Shown in pieces: positions 25,551-41,697 of a DNA stretch of 64,000 nucleotides (its first letter is position 1; every line of letters starts with the position of its first letter). Location: assembly GCF_006345805.1 (NCBI RefSeq), contig NC_043000.1, forward strand, positions 72,540,001 to 72,604,000. Direction: 5' to 3'. The stretch is from Octopus sinensis (taxonomy: Eukaryota). The translations under genes and the position numbers were made by a program. The notes under the pieces are model-generated. The model searched no databases, had not been told where the DNA came from, and saw only the letters and a program-made list of their open reading frames with translations.

Positions 25551-26399
25551 TCTGTGTATTTATATGCCACCGAAGAACTAAGCAGATAGTGAAACCTGTA
25601 GGATATTTTCTCAAAATAATATAATCTACTTACAAAGTTTGATTCGGTTCTTTTTTGTAATGTGGCTACTTTAATTACACTGTTTGACTTACTTAATATG
25701 TATATGTATAACATATCATTAAAATCCATTAAGAATTTTCAACCAACGATATATATACTCCAAAACGTTTCTGTAATGCATGTTTTAATTTGCTGTATCG
25801 ATAATATATCCTTAATTCTCCTCTTATGCCTAAAGAATTATAATTACACTTTTATTACTCGTTATTACTACAATAACATGTACGTTTTGTATGTACTTAT
25901 GTAAATGTGGATGTATGTATGTGTTTATGTATATATGGGGGAAGTTAGGACAAGTGATGGAAAATTGTATAAAATTCAAACGACAAACAACGGAAAACAA
26001 ACAGATGTAGACACAGCAACTTCGTTGTATTGATCAATCTAGTGATCACTCAAAATACTCTCTTTATGTTTCCCTCCCTCTCACTGTCCATTATTAACTT
26101 TCTACGAACACACACTTATTCAGATCCCATGGTGCAGGGAATTCCACCAGGGAAAAGCTTCTGGTAAGAAAATTCAGATAATAGATGAAAAAGAAGAGAA
26201 AACAAAACAACCAAACTTCAGACAGTGTTTTGTAATGATGAACGTGGTGCTGGCTTATATATGATTAAAACTGATTGTAGATTATAAATCTTAAAATTGT
26301 AAATTGCAATTCTGAGTATTCTATTTTACTCCGGTCTTACCCATTTCAGCGAGATACCTGGATAATGACTTTTACAGATGATTTTACTTTCATTAAGTA

Positions 26400-27287
26400 A
26401 CTAATTTTCTTTAACTAAACACTTTGAAACTTCGTATACTGGTAGACCATGTCATATGGAACATCTTTTACTCCTAGCACTGTTGAGAAAAGTTTCTATT
26501 TACGAAGTTATTTCGTGTTAAAGTTGTATTTCGGTAATTTCAACCAATCAATGACGTGTATTCAGCTGCAGAAAATTACTCCTGTTGTTTATCAACAACA
26601 ACTATTAGTCGTGTATATTTCATTTGTCACTGTTACTTATGACATCGTTCGTGCGTTTATACTGGTCTTAGCTTTAGGGTTTTAGGGTTATGGTTAGGAT
26701 TTTATGGTTAGGGTTAGGGTTAGCGTTTTAGGTTAGGGTTACGGAAAAAAGTGAAAAATGAAGAAATTGGAGTGGGGAAAGGGGGCCAAAAAATTTTAAA
26801 ATTCCGAATTTTGGCAATTTTCCGGAATCTGGGTTTTTGGCAAAAAGCTGGGTTTTTGGCAAAAAGCTGGGTTTTTGGCAAAAAAATTTAAAAAACAAAA
26901 ATTTGCGAGAAAATTGGGGGGGTGGGCGAGAGGAAGTCTTTCCGAAAATAGTACCTAAGAAGCAATAGAAATGCACGAACGATTATGGTGGTGTCATGAA
27001 ATAAACGTGCTTCAGACACACTCGTTTATTCATACGAACGTAACTGAAATGAAATATGTCATAAATAACAGTGACAAACGAAATATACACCGCCGGAAGT
27101 TGTTGTTGACAAACAACAGCAGTAATTTTATTCAGCTGAATACACGTCATTGATTGGTTGAAATTACCGAAATACGACAACTTTAACACGAAATAACTTC
27201 GTAAATAGAAACTTTTCTCAGCAACTCTAAGAGTAAAAGATGACACAGTATCCGAAGTTTCAAAGTATTTAGTTAAAGAAAATTAAT
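26400..27287. mobile_element. MITE-like element with ~250-bp TIRs enclosing degenerate TTAGGG repeats and a short tandem repeat
   Basis: 26400-26660 is the reverse complement of ~27000-27287 and belongs to the same family as 14730-15436. The interior has ttagggttagggttag-type repeats (26670-26740) and three copies of gggtttttggcaaaaa(gct). Confidence 0.75.
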
Positions 27288-29844
27288 CGAGCTGCCTATG
27301 AAAAGGAAAAGATCCAAAATAAGTAGTACCTGTATTTCAAAGTATCAGCCTTGTCACATTCTGTGTCACGCTGAATCTCACTGATAATTACGTTAAGGGT
27401 ACACGTTTCTGTGAAGTGCTGAGTCACTTACACGTTAATTTCACGTTCATCGGATCAAGTGAAACCCTTGTCGTCGTAGCCGATGGAGTACCAGTTTACT
27501 TGCTATTTTTATATTTGAGTGTCTTGTGAAAGTGAAGAGCGTGCACACATCCATGGTATTTCCATGTCGCTTCTTGATCACGATTTTTCTTTTCTTTCCA
27601 CACGCCTCTATTATTGTCATGCGTTTGAATTTCTCAATTATGGTGTTTGCTACATTATTTAATGGCTGTTTTAGTTAATTATGCATTTATTCATGTTAGT
27701 AATAGAAGCAAGTGAAGAAATGAAAAAATATCGGTTTAATATTTGTTGCTGGTAGAATCGTTAGCACGCCGGGCAAAATGCTTAGCGGCATTTCGTTCGT
27801 CTTTATGTTCTGGGTTCGAATGCCACTGAAGTCGACTTTAACTTTCATCTCTTCGATAAAATAAGTACCAGTTGATCACTGGAGTCATTTTAATCACCCG
27901 AAATTGCTGGCCTTGTGCCAAAATCCGAAACCAATATTAGTTAAACATAAGTAATGATCCGATTAAAGTTATATGTTTTTGGTATTCTAGGCCAAACCAG
28001 AAAACACCATGTGAATTAACAATTTTTCTTTAATCAGAACAATTGCTGTTGGCCAATTTAACACATAAATACTAATGACTTGCTGATAGGTGGTATTTCG
28101 ATATGCAATCATAATAAACTACTAGCGAGACTCGTGAATATTTCACAGAATTAATGGTAAACCTATTGTGTTATTTATGAAGACTTTATCCAAAAAACCA
28201 CAAAGTGTAGCCTGCGTTGTGTCTGTATGGAAATATAGTCGCTCATCTGCTATTCATTGAAAAGTGAAAGAAATTGGAATACCATGATTACTTAATGCAC
28301 TTTATATATACACTTTATATATTTTATGCACAATTTTATAGTCTTAATACACAGCACTCATAAAATAAATATTCACTCTTATTTTTCCATTTTCCCCATA
28401 GACAAATAAAAAAATATTCCGTACATATCATACAACCTTTATTTAAATTGCGTATATCTGCCACATAAATAAGCGTGAATATTTAACAGAATTGCACTTA
28501 TGCGCATGCGTTAAGTGATAGATGATATAAAAAAACTTGGTTCAATTTTTTTTAAATGCACTTTTACTATCCAGTTACCAATACCACCACTACCATCATT
28601 TCTCACTCTCCCTCCTCTCTCTCTCTCTTCTCCCTCTCTCTGTGCATTTCTTTAACCTCACCATCAGAAACATCACCCCTCTGCTGAAATTATATTTTTA
28701 ACTCGCCTCATCTATCTTCAGCTAACTTTTTTAACCACGTAGTAAATATTACGTTCCCCCTACCTCAAGTCATGGATGCTTCTCTCTACTTCTTTTTTCT
28801 TTCTCCCTCTTCCTGTCTCACTTTTCGCCTTATCCTCTTTTTCTCTCTCCTTTTTCTTTCTGCTCCCTTACCTTTCGACTAATCACGTAAAATCGTTACA
28901 ATTACATTCTCTCTACCTCACGCCATAGATGCTTCTCTCTCTCCCTCTTTTCTCCCTCCTTCTTTTTCTCCCTCCCTCTTTTTCTCTTTCCTCCTTTTCT
29001 TTCTCCCTTTTTATCTCTAATCACGTGAATGCGTTACCGACAGGCTAAGTAACGCAATGACAAGCAGAATAATTATAAGGTTAAGTATATTAAACATTTT
29101 TATAAGTCAATATCGCGTTCTACTGCGTTAGCAATGCGCTTTTACATTACTTGTTAAGATTATCTCTACAAATATTCTATAGGAATTATAGCCAGTACTG
29201 ATTTTTGCTGCGACGTATCGTAAACGAGACGTCAGATGTAAACAAACAATGAGATCGAAGATGAGAAAAGAATAATGGGTGTATATGCCATATTTCAGTG
29301 GGTTTTGCACCTTCTTCAGCACCAATCCAACCCCTTATTGATCCTCGAACTCATTCTTTGAGTTGCCAGTGTATGCGGCGGTGTTTGGTTACTAGATATA
29401 CCAATTTACATATTAAATGCATTTCTGAGAGCTGGAACGTAAATACTAATGACTTGTAGGTACTTCGGTATTTCATTATGCAACCATAATATATTATAAA
29501 GTATGTCAAACGTTTTTATAAGTCAATACCACGTTCTAATGCGTTAGCTGTACGCTTTTACATTACTTGTTAAATTTATCTCTCCAGTGCTGGCTATAAT
29601 TTCTATAGAATATCTGTAAAGATGACCTTAACAAGTAATTAAAATATAAAGTTTAGGATCACAAAAAAATTTTGGAAGATGTAAAATAGAAACAGAATGC
29701 TAGATATATAGCTCACCAAGCAGAGCTTCAGAAAATAGTTGATCGAATCGTTGTAAAAACTAGAATTATAAAAAAGATTTTGTTGTGATTTTGTTTTCAC
29801 TCACCATTTAATCAATTCTCTTTTTGTGGTTTTGGAAAACTTAC

Positions 29845-29916
29845 CTGGCGATTTAGGTCTCGGAGTCAAAAACTGAGGATTTTCTGTAGCGCCGTAAAAG
29901 CCAGACTGAGTAGTAC
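29845..29916 (-). CDS. MFSD6: MFSD6-like transporter, 72-bp internal exon (GTTQSGFYGATENPQFLTPRPKSP)
   Basis: Acceptor tttgttttgtAG and donor GTAAGT. The frame is open in phase 1/1, matching both neighbouring exons. Confidence 0.75.
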
Positions 29917-30599
29917 CTACAAAACAAATTTTAGTTTGTGTTTTTAGTTAAAGTTTTTCACATCTTTTCATTAAAATTGAATGAAGACATTATAACGTTC
30001 GGGGCAATTTTCTTTGTATTTGGTCGATTAGAGACTAATTGGAACTACCACGAGAAATGATGAATTAGCTGTTCAGGATACTTAAATATTTCAAATTATA
30101 CATCACAAATGAATATTATTTTAAGACTCCATCTGAATGAAAAACAATAGTTAATCTAGTGCTAATATACTGAATGGTGTGGGCATCAAAAAGATTAATT
30201 CAAAATAATTGTGAGGTGAAAAATAGACAATATTTTCTCAATGGCAAATATTCTAATCATATTGCCAAGTACGAAAGGGACAACTCTGGAGTTGTTTGTG
30301 TCTTCCCTGAGAAGACACATGAACATGGAGAAGAGGATCTCACTTTCACAACCATTTTATCAAGCTCAAGTTTCTATTGTTTAGGTCCCCGATTGATACG
30401 GTGACCTAGTAAACGCTAAGATATAACCCACTCCTAACAAGAACATCATTTATACACAGTTAACATCCGGATGTCACCAAGATCAACTCTAATTTTCATC
30501 CTTTCGGGGTCGATAAAATAAGTATTACCTGAGGACTGGGACCGATGTAATCGACAAGCATCCTCCACCAAAATTTCAGGCCTTGTGTCTTCAGCAGAA

Positions 30600-30663
<64 letters not shown>

Positions 30664-30673
30664 TATTATTATT

Positions 30674-33600
30674 CCTTCTTTCTTCAAATTTTCTTCCGTT
30701 TCTCGCCGAGTGTTTTCCGTACACCTAGGGCAGAGAAGCTCATTGTATGCATTCCCAGATTACACACGCAAATTCACAGGTAAAATATGTATTTAGAAAA
30801 TTAATAAATAAATAAATTCATGAATGGATGTTGTTTTCACAGCGATAATGCTCTTAGTACATGAGCCGTTCCAGTTAACACGATTTTTTGAACATCCTGT
30901 AGGGATGGTAAGCCTGGTATCATTTTCAAATAGGTTTCAGTACCTTTTTGTTTTCATCATTTCTAGAGATCCTACAATCACTGGTACTGTAGTCGCCTTC
31001 AGATGCCACATTTTTTCAATTTCTATTAGCAAGTCTTTATACTTACTGATCTTGTCAAATTCTTTCGCCGCTATATTGTGACCGCAAGGAATACTCATGT
31101 CAATTAATAAACACATCCTTTTTGTCTGATCCTTTATAATAATATCCGGTTTATTAGCTTTTATAGTTCTGTCGGTATGTACGAAGTCCCATAGAATCGA
31201 CACATTTTCTCCCTCAGTCACAGCTTCAGGATGGTGTTTATACCATTTGTCAGCGGTTTTGATTTTATAATGCCGACATATTGTCCAGTGTAAATACTGG
31301 CCGACTCTGTCATGTCTTGCTTTATATTCTACAGGTGCTAAGACTCTACACCCTGAGATTAGGTGGTCTGTAGTTTCAATCTCATCGTTACAGAATCGGC
31401 ATTTTGGGTCAGCTCCATTTTTTACCACATTGGCTTGGTAGTTCCGGGTTAATAAGCATTGGTCTTGATTTTGGCCCTGAGCTTCGTAACCATTGGTGCG
31501 TGTGTTTCTGGTCGACATCAGCTTGTTTGCTACGGACCACATACTTGCCATACAGAGGTTTCTGTTCCCATCTGCTAGCTAATTTTTCATGCGCTTTTGT
31601 CTTTGCAATCAATTTTATTTTCTTTGCAGCAGCAGTTGGCGCATTTCCTTCAGCCTGATCAATCTGGTAGGTATCTAAGAGATCAGTAACGAATCTTTTG
31701 CTCTCTTTCAGAATAGAGTGAAGTTTTTTCGGTCTTTCATGTTTTTCAACAAGTTTTAACATCCAATCGTTGGTTGCTTCAAGGTATTTGGCCAGTTCGA
31801 TTGTAATGGTTTTGTACGTAGGTTCAAGCTGGATCAAACCTCGTCCTCCCTGAGCTCTGGGAAGGTAAAGACGATCCACGTCTGCCTTTTGATGGTGCAA
31901 GTCAGTAGCTTGCGGATTTTTCTGTCAATTTTCGCTATTTCACTGGTATTCTAGTTAAGCACATTGAAGCTATAAAGAACAACTGGGACTGCTAAAGAAT
32001 TTATGGCTAACATCTTATTATATGCATTCAGTTCAGACTTCAGGACTGCTCGAACTCTTCTATAACATTCCTTCCTAACCTTCTCTTTCATGCTTGCATG
32101 CTGGATACCAGAGCCTTCATTTATTCCTAGATATTTAGGTTTGTTCCTGCTCAAGTTCTTTTATTACTGTTTCGACATCTAATTCGATTGAACTTGACTT
32201 TACGAATTTCCCTTTCTTAAAAGTGGCTTTGGCACACTTTTCAAGGCCAAACTCCATCCCGATATCATCACTGAATCTGTTCACAGTATGTAAGAGTCCT
32301 TCAAGTTCTTCATCATCTTTGCCATATAGTTTTAAATCATCCATATGAAATAGATGGCTTATTTTCCTGTTGTTAATTTTGTAGCCATACCCTGTTCTAT
32401 TCAATTCACTTGAGGGTAGTATTAGTGCCATGCAGAAAATTAGTGGTGAAAGTGAGTCACCTTGGAAAATGCCACAATTTATGCTAATATTGTTTGAGCG
32501 CAATACTCCATTAGAATGATATAATTGGAGCTTCGTGTTCCATAGTGAACATATTATACTTTAAAAATCTGAAATCACAGGAGAAATTTTGAAAATATCC
32601 AGCGATTTCAGAATCCACGAATGTGGTATTCTGTAAAAGGCTTTTTTTGTAATCAATTCATGAAGAGCTGAGATTTCTGCGCTTGTTATGGCAGTTCTCA
32701 AGGATCATGCGATTAATTAGGAGCTGATCTTTGCATCCGTATGAGCCTCGTCTGCATCCCTATTGTTCAGTGGGAAAGAGGTTATTCTCTTCCATAAACG
32801 TTTATGTTTTCTCTACTAGAATAGGTGTCAAAATCTTATAGGTAGTAGATAAACATGTTATAGACCGGTAGTTCTTGGGTCTTTCGTTTCGTTATTTGGG
32901 GGGAGGGGGTAAGTATTACCACTTACCATCCAATGGGGAGTTTTTTCCGGGTCTTTCATAATACTATTAAATAGTATTACTAATATTTTGTGTGCGATGA
33001 GAGTGATGAGAGCCAGAAATGTGGTACTCTGTCAATACCAGGGGAGTTCCACTTATGAGCCTTCGTTAGTGCCCTCCTTAGGTCGGCGATTGAGATATCT
33101 TCCCACACCTGTTCTTGTAATTTTTGTAGGCATCTTGGGTGCGTTTGATCCAGTCTGCATTTTCATTGTATGGTTTCTCATCACTCCAGATCTCTTTCCC
33201 AAAGTTTTCAACTTCTTTCATTAGGGGTGGATTTTCAATGGTTATATTTTCTTTCCCTATTTCCCCGTAAACTGATTTGGCATTGGATTTGAACATCTTA
33301 TTTTGTTTGTAGCATTTGATTCTTTTTGGTACTGTTGGCTTTTCGGGCGTTAAACAGCGTCTTTCGATTACCTTAGCAACAGGGTAAATAATTTCATTTA
33401 ACTTATTAAGATCGGGTTTTAGCTGTTGTATGATTTCTTGTGTAACGTAGTTGCCAATTTTTATTTGTGTTTTATGTTGGTGTGCATTTGAGAGTTTATG
33501 GAGTGGTTCCTTATCATGCATATTTGTATGCCCTACCACTGCAAGCTCATTCAGAACTTCCTACTTCATTTCAATGATAGATTTTCTGTGTTGTTCAGCA

Positions 33601-34173
33601 AATATGTGGTCTTCAAATTCTCTTTCGACATCATTTTCCTGGCTGTTTTTTCTAGGGTCATCATATTTTCCTTTTTCTCCAGGCTCTTGAGTGGTTTCGG
33701 CAGATGGTCGCCTTTCAGTCAATGCTTGTGATCCAACATTCCTCCCCTCTGCTTCGTTATTTCTTTCCTGACTTATATTTAGGTCATTCTCTACCACTTT
33801 TTTAATAGAGGTTAATTCTGCATCTGTAAGTCTGGTATTTCTGAAGATATCTCTTCTAACATTTGCTAATCTGTTCTCATTCAGGTTTGGTCTGCTAGCT
33901 GGATTCCGGCTCCTCCAAATTCTGTAGGAGTTTGCGGTGTGTTTCTCTTGGGTTGGCCTACTTAATGCAAAGTAATAAGCATATATTACTTCTTTATATT
34001 CTTCCCGGTTCCATTTAGTCCATTTACATTTTTGATTATCTGGTCGTTGTGGTGGTGTACTTTAGGGGCTTAATTTGGGACAAATCCCGTTTAAGTGACC
34101 TTCCAGGTTCGTATTCGGGGAAGATATTCTGCCATTTGAAAATTTTTCGCCATCAGGCTGACAGCTTCCTCAC
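30674..34173 (-). mobile_element. Apparently full-length but frameshifted R4/Dong-like non-LTR retrotransposon flanked by (TAA)n at both ends
   Basis: GIFQGDSLSPLIFCM and HLFHMDDLKLY (RT), HHQKADVDRLYLPRAQGGRGL, CRFCNDEIETTDHLISGC (CCHC) and NKPDIIIKD...LLIDMSIP (restriction-like endonuclease). The 3' UTR matches those at 58480-58560 and 60490-60574. Confidence 0.92.
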
Positions 34174-36119
<1,946 letters not shown>

Positions 36120-36349
36120 CCTTCCGACGCCGATAGACGTACGTGAATCAGCTCCGTGAATTTGACACCAATTTCATTGGAAATCTATTAATAGGTTTGA
36201 ATATTTTTAAATATTTTTGTAGCCAAACCGACCGGCTTCTTGCGGAGCTCGTCGGTTGGGCGAAATTTTGCCCCATTCGGGGTGAAATTGCGTTTGAAAA
36301 CTTTGAACATTTGACATTTTTCAACATTTTGAATATTACAACAAAAAAA

Positions 36350-37990
36350 ATGGCTATGAAGCGAACAGTTGGCTGTTCCTTCCTTCAAGATACACTCCCT
36401 CCGCAAACACACACAACTCGTACAAAACACCCACTTCACGCCTTAAAAGGCAACAAAGATTCTCCTTCCGAACCGCAGAGCACGCGCTCGGTTCAAAAGG
36501 AAAATGCAAGTCATGACGTCGCGTTCGACGTAATTCTTGATTTTCCCCCTCTGCCTTCACCCAATGCTTTGGTAAGGAAGGAGGAGGAAGAAAAAACAAA
36601 TACAAAAATCATCACAAACATTGACACGGAGATAAAAGAAAAACTTCCAACAATTTTGCTTCTGCTGCGAAGCAAATTTCGGAGGAAGTTAAGATAACTC
36701 TAGAAGATGTGAAAAGAGCGAAGGAATTGTTAAGGAAGGATGGCAATGGTATCTTCCTCAATACTCCACAAGAGGTGATTGAAAGCACCAACAAGCAAAC
36801 AATAATTTACAAAGTTTTCGACAGAAAACTAAAAAGAATAACAAATGCCACACCCCAACAGTTGGAGATAGCTCTAAAGCCCATTTGGGCCCAAAAGAGC
36901 TACGTAACCAAGGGGAAGCGTTTTGGAACCGTGGAGGTTCGCTTCCCAACAGAGGAGCTTGGCAAGGGCGAACGCCATTTCGCCCTTGCAAACTGAGAAT
37001 TTGTTACTAATTCCAACCCACCTCGGGCGAAGAGTGACAAAAATAAAAATCGACCTCGTCCCCCCTGAACTAAATATGTCATGGCTGGTGGCAGCTGTCC
37101 TCTATGATATAGAGGACACTACCACCATTCTAGATGTCAGGAGAGTGAGGGCGAAAAACTGGTTGGGGATGGGAGTGCTGCTTCTTCTTGCGCAAATTCA
37201 GCAAGAGAATAAGTAAAGTCCCTGATTTCGTAAGTTTGCCGGACGGCACCAGGCTAAACGTTGCTGTGGAGGGGCGAAAGCCAAAATGTTTTCTCTGCAG
37301 CAGCGAAAGCCACTTAAAGAGGGACTGTCCCATTCACAAAAAGAGGATGGAGGCTTTCAGCAAGAGGCAGCAGCAACAACAACAACAACAACACAACAAC
37401 AACAACAACAACACAACAACAACAACAGAAACAACAAAAACAGCAAGAAACACCAAAGGCTGCCACCCACCAACACCATCACCAACACCAGCACCAGACG
37501 AGCAACACCACCTCCAACAACAACAACCACCACCAACCAACACCGACAACCACCACCAAACAACAAACCGACACCAGTACCTCGAAGGTCGACAGCAGCG
37601 ACATCAACAGTAACAGGAGCAGCGGCACCACCGATACCGGTGGAACCAGAAACTTTTCGTCCTGCTACTGAAGCAGACCCCTCAACCATTCCTTTGCCGG
37701 ATGAAGAGATCTCGGATTGTGCGAGCTCCGATTCCAACAAAGGAGAATGGAACATAGTACCTCCAAAAAGAAAAGGAGGAAAAAACAAAAGATTTACAGG
37801 GGAAGCACGAACAAACAGTACTTCCCAACATCAACAACAACATCAACAACACACACACTCACAACAACAACAACAACAACAACACTTTCGACACCACTAC
37901 TGCCACTACCACAGACACAAACAAACACAGACACAATTACAGACACGATTACAGCAGTGAATACAAGAAACCAGGAACTGTTGAGTATTT
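36350..37990 (+). CDS. Tx1 copy 1 ORF1 (gag-like, frameshifted in this sequence)
   Basis: MAMKRTVG start, then DFASAAKQISE, KRFGTVEVRFPTEE and the knuckle CFLCSSESHLKRDC, followed by a T/Q/N-rich tail. The end position is approximate. Confidence 0.75.
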
Positions 37991-38262
37991 GAAAAACAAA
38001 CAAGCACAAACATTACAGATTTCATAATACCTACACACAACACACCACCAGCACACATTCTCACAATAAAAATAAACAAAACAGTTTACAACGAAATAAA
38101 CAAATATTCCCTAACGATGTGGGATCGTTAGGGAAAAGTTTCTCTCAGAACTTTACAAAAATATTATTGAAGCACCCGTGCAAAAGCACAAGGGAGCCAC
38201 CCCCACCAACAACAGTAAGTAGAGCCTTTTTTCTCTCCTTTTTTTTCCCTAACTTTTGAAAC

Positions 38263-41200
38263 ATGGCAAATCTTAGAATCGGTTGCTTGAATGTGAGAGG
38301 CCTCGGGTCACCTTGGAAACAGGGTCACCTGTTAAACGACCTGAGGTTTCATGATGTGGATGTAGCAGCCATCAGTGAAACCAGGCTCTCCGACCCGCAG
38401 GAACTCGCAGCCCTTTTCGGCGGATACGATATTTCTATCTCCGTGTCGGCCGGGAGCGGGCGGTGGTGGTACTGCGGTGTTGTTTCGGAAGGGCCTGGAC
38501 CTGAAAATAAGGACAGTCTTCTTGGATCCGGAAGGTAAGTTGGTGGTCCTCGACGTGGACGGTAGTGACGGCGGTGCTTTCAGACTGCTGGCTGCCTACG
38601 CTCCGACAGGAGCAGGGCAGTCGGATTATTTCAAACGTCTGGAAGTTTTCCTGGGAACGTCACGCACTCTAGTACTAGTTGGGGATTGGAACGCTGTCTT
38701 AGACGAACGTTTCGATCGGGTGGGCAGGGGAGCGTCTGATAGGAGAGGGGGAGGTGCAAGAGCCTCGCCAACCTACTCGGCCGCTTTCAGCTGTCCGACA
38801 GGTTTCGACTAGACAACCCGAATGTGCCAATGTGGACTTGGACAAACCGCATCGGGTCGTCTAGATCGTACTTAGATAGAGTGTTTTGTAGGCCAGCGGA
38901 TAAGGACAGCGTAGGTGTCCACAATTCCACCTAGTCGAATATACGGACCACAAATTAGTGATCTGTACGGTCGACTTAGATAGGCTACATAGACAGGGAC
39001 CCGGCTACTGGAAGCTGAACGCGTCGTTAACGGCGTGCAAAGCTTACAGAGACCGGATTAGTTTACTAGTTAAGCGCGGCGCTCACGGGGGCAATCATCA
39101 ACAACAACTGGTGGTTTGCCCTCAAGAGAGCAATTAGAGTAGAGTCGATTAGGTATAGTAAGACTCTAGCTATTGAACGTAGGAAGAGAGAGCGGGATTT
39201 AGTTAAGAAACTAGACGAGGCTCTTGACACTGGCATCGCGACCGACGTGTTGGCGGCAAGGTTGGCCCTCGACCAACACTTCGACGCCAAACACGAAGGC
39301 TGCGTTGTCAGAGCTAAGGCACGTTCGCTAAGCGGGGAGGGGACTAGAGCCGCTCGATGGGCCCGCGTGGCGGAGGCGAAGCGAGGCAACAGAGCAACCA
39401 TTCGGTCTTTGGTGGACCAGAACGGGCGCGAGGTTACCCAACCGAAGCAGATGTGTACGGTGCTTCAGCGGCACTTTGCTCAACTGTTTGGGACGAGCGG
39501 TGGAACGGACACCAACGGTACAGACTTCGGTGTGTACCTGGACGGACTGCCGCAACTCTCGGACAGCGAGGCAGAGTGCTGCGAAGGACCGATATCTGCC
39601 TGGGAAGTACAGGAAGCGATGAAGAGTTGCACGAGAGGTAGATCGCCGGGTTTGGATGGTCTGCCCTACGAGCTTTACTTTTCAATGCCAGACTTGTTTG
39701 CGGACCTGTTGGCAAACGTCTACTCTACTGCAACTGGCAGCAAAACGGGAATTCCTGCTTTTGTCTGTCGAGGGGTGGTGGCTTTGCTAAAGAAGGACCC
39801 AAACAAGGGGGACGTTATAGGGAATTTCCGGCCCATCACTCTGCTCAATGCAGAGTTGAAGATTTTGGCCAAGGTGCTAGCCAAGAGATTGGCGCTTGTC
39901 GTGGACAAGCTGGTCGGCGGGACGCAGACATGCGCCGTGCCGACCAGGTCGATACACGACAACCTCCATCTCATGCGCTACATCATAGAGAGGGTGGGTA
40001 ACGACGCTGGCGCGGGTGGGGCTTTGATCAACTTGGATCAGAGTAAAGCCTTCGATAGGGTCGACCATCGGTACCTGGCAGCTGTCCTCAAGGCAGCCGG
40101 CTTCGGTCCAGTCTTCCGCGGGTGGATCGCTGCTTTATACAGCAACATCTGCTCGGTGATACGGGTGAACGGTCACCTTTCGGAACCGTTCGACATCTCG
40201 CGTTCGGTCCGCCAAGGATGCCCTCTCTCCTCCCTCTTGTACATTTTGACTCTCGAGCCATTACTGCGCAAGTTGGAGGCTTTGAGGGGCATCCCGCGCG
40301 ATCTAGGAGGCGGAAACAGCGTGTCTGCTTATGCCGACGACGTCACCGTGGTGGTGTCGAGCCACAGGCACATTGGCCTGATTGGCGAGACGCTAAACCA
40401 GTACGAAGCGGTGACAGGGGCAAAGATTAACGCGGAAAAGTCTGTGGGCTTGCAACTGGGCACCTGGAGAGGCAAGCCCATGCCGTCCAACAGCGTCGTA
40501 GGGCGCTGGACAGACGGACCCGTTAAACTGCTCGGGGTCTGGTTCGGTCCGGACCTCCAGGTGGATAAGAACTGGGAAGAGGTGACGAGCAGGGTGGCAC
40601 GTCTCACCCAGAAATGGGCCGAGAGGAAGCTGTCCCTGAAAGGTCGAGCGGAGGTGGCGAATGCGTACATCGCATCCGTCATCTATTACCGCTTGACCGT
40701 CGTCCCTTGTCCCGACCGCTGGTTGGCCAAGCTGGTACGCCTGCTCTTCGACTTTTTGTGGAAGGGTCAGGTGCCACTGGTCAGGCGATCCATCTGCTGT
40801 CAACGACCGCTGAACGGAGGCCTTGGAATGCCGTGGTTGCTGTTGCGCAGACATGCGCTCAGGCTGCGGCATCTCAAGCGCTTCCTAGACGGTGAACAGG
40901 TGTGGTCGTCTTTTGTCAGACGCGATTTTCCGCAGCTCGTCTCTTTGACGGAGCTGCAGACCTGGATCAAACGTAGACCGAGAAAGGGCGCTTGGCACCT
41001 CGAGTGCCGTCAAGCCCTCTCCGCCCTCCACCAGGCGGGCAATGCGGTCGGTTACAGCTCCACTCTAGCGTTCTATAGAGGGTTAGTGGAGGAAAAATGC
41101 GACGACGTTCTCGGGGAAACTCTAGGCGTTGAAGACGACGAACTGAGCGGTCTGTTCGGGAGGACTTTCGGGCCGGGGCCGATGGATAATTTCCAGAGGT

Positions 41201-41697
41201 CTCTCGCCTGGCAGTGCTACCGAGGGGCTCTGCCTGTTCGAGATAAACTCTACCGGCACGGAAGTGCCGTCAGCCGGGCCTGCCCGAGGTGTTGCCAGGA
41301 CGACGAAACCGTTCTGCACGCACTCGTCCAGTGCCCGAGTATTGCTGAAATATGGGTTTATGTCGAACAGCTACTGTCACGTGTAGGACGGATCCGACTA
41401 TCGGCCGAATCCATAGTGAAGATTGCCCCGCCGACCTCCTTTAACAAGGAGGGCGAGGCCGTTTTCTTGTGCCTTGTGGCTGTGGCGAAAGAAGTCGTGT
41501 GGTGGACTCGTTTGAAAGGGCTAAAGTCAGACACTTTCCTCTTTGGTCAAGGCCTCATCAACTTTTTCAAGTTTCACTTGAAAAGGAAGATGAGGTTAGA
41601 GAGGAAAGTGCTGTCCGATAGCAAGTTTTATGAAAGGTGGGTGAATTGTGCGAGACTGGCCTGTATAAATGGACCAGTTCTCAGGTTTCGCCTGTGA
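38263..41697 (+). CDS. Tx1 copy 1 ORF2 (APE endonuclease + reverse transcriptase + zf-RVT-like), a few small indels
   Basis: MANLRIGCLNVRGL...AISETRL and LVGDWNAV (APE). FRPITLLNAELKILAK, LDQSKAFDRV, QGCPLS and YADDV (RT). CPRCCQDDETVLHALVQC at the C-terminus. Confidence 0.93.

Noticed and set aside
34020-34173. HDV-like ribozyme at the Dong 5' end
   Set aside because: This is plausible for the clade, but I could not assign a convincing P1-P4 nested pseudoknot by eye. It needs a descriptor or covariance search.
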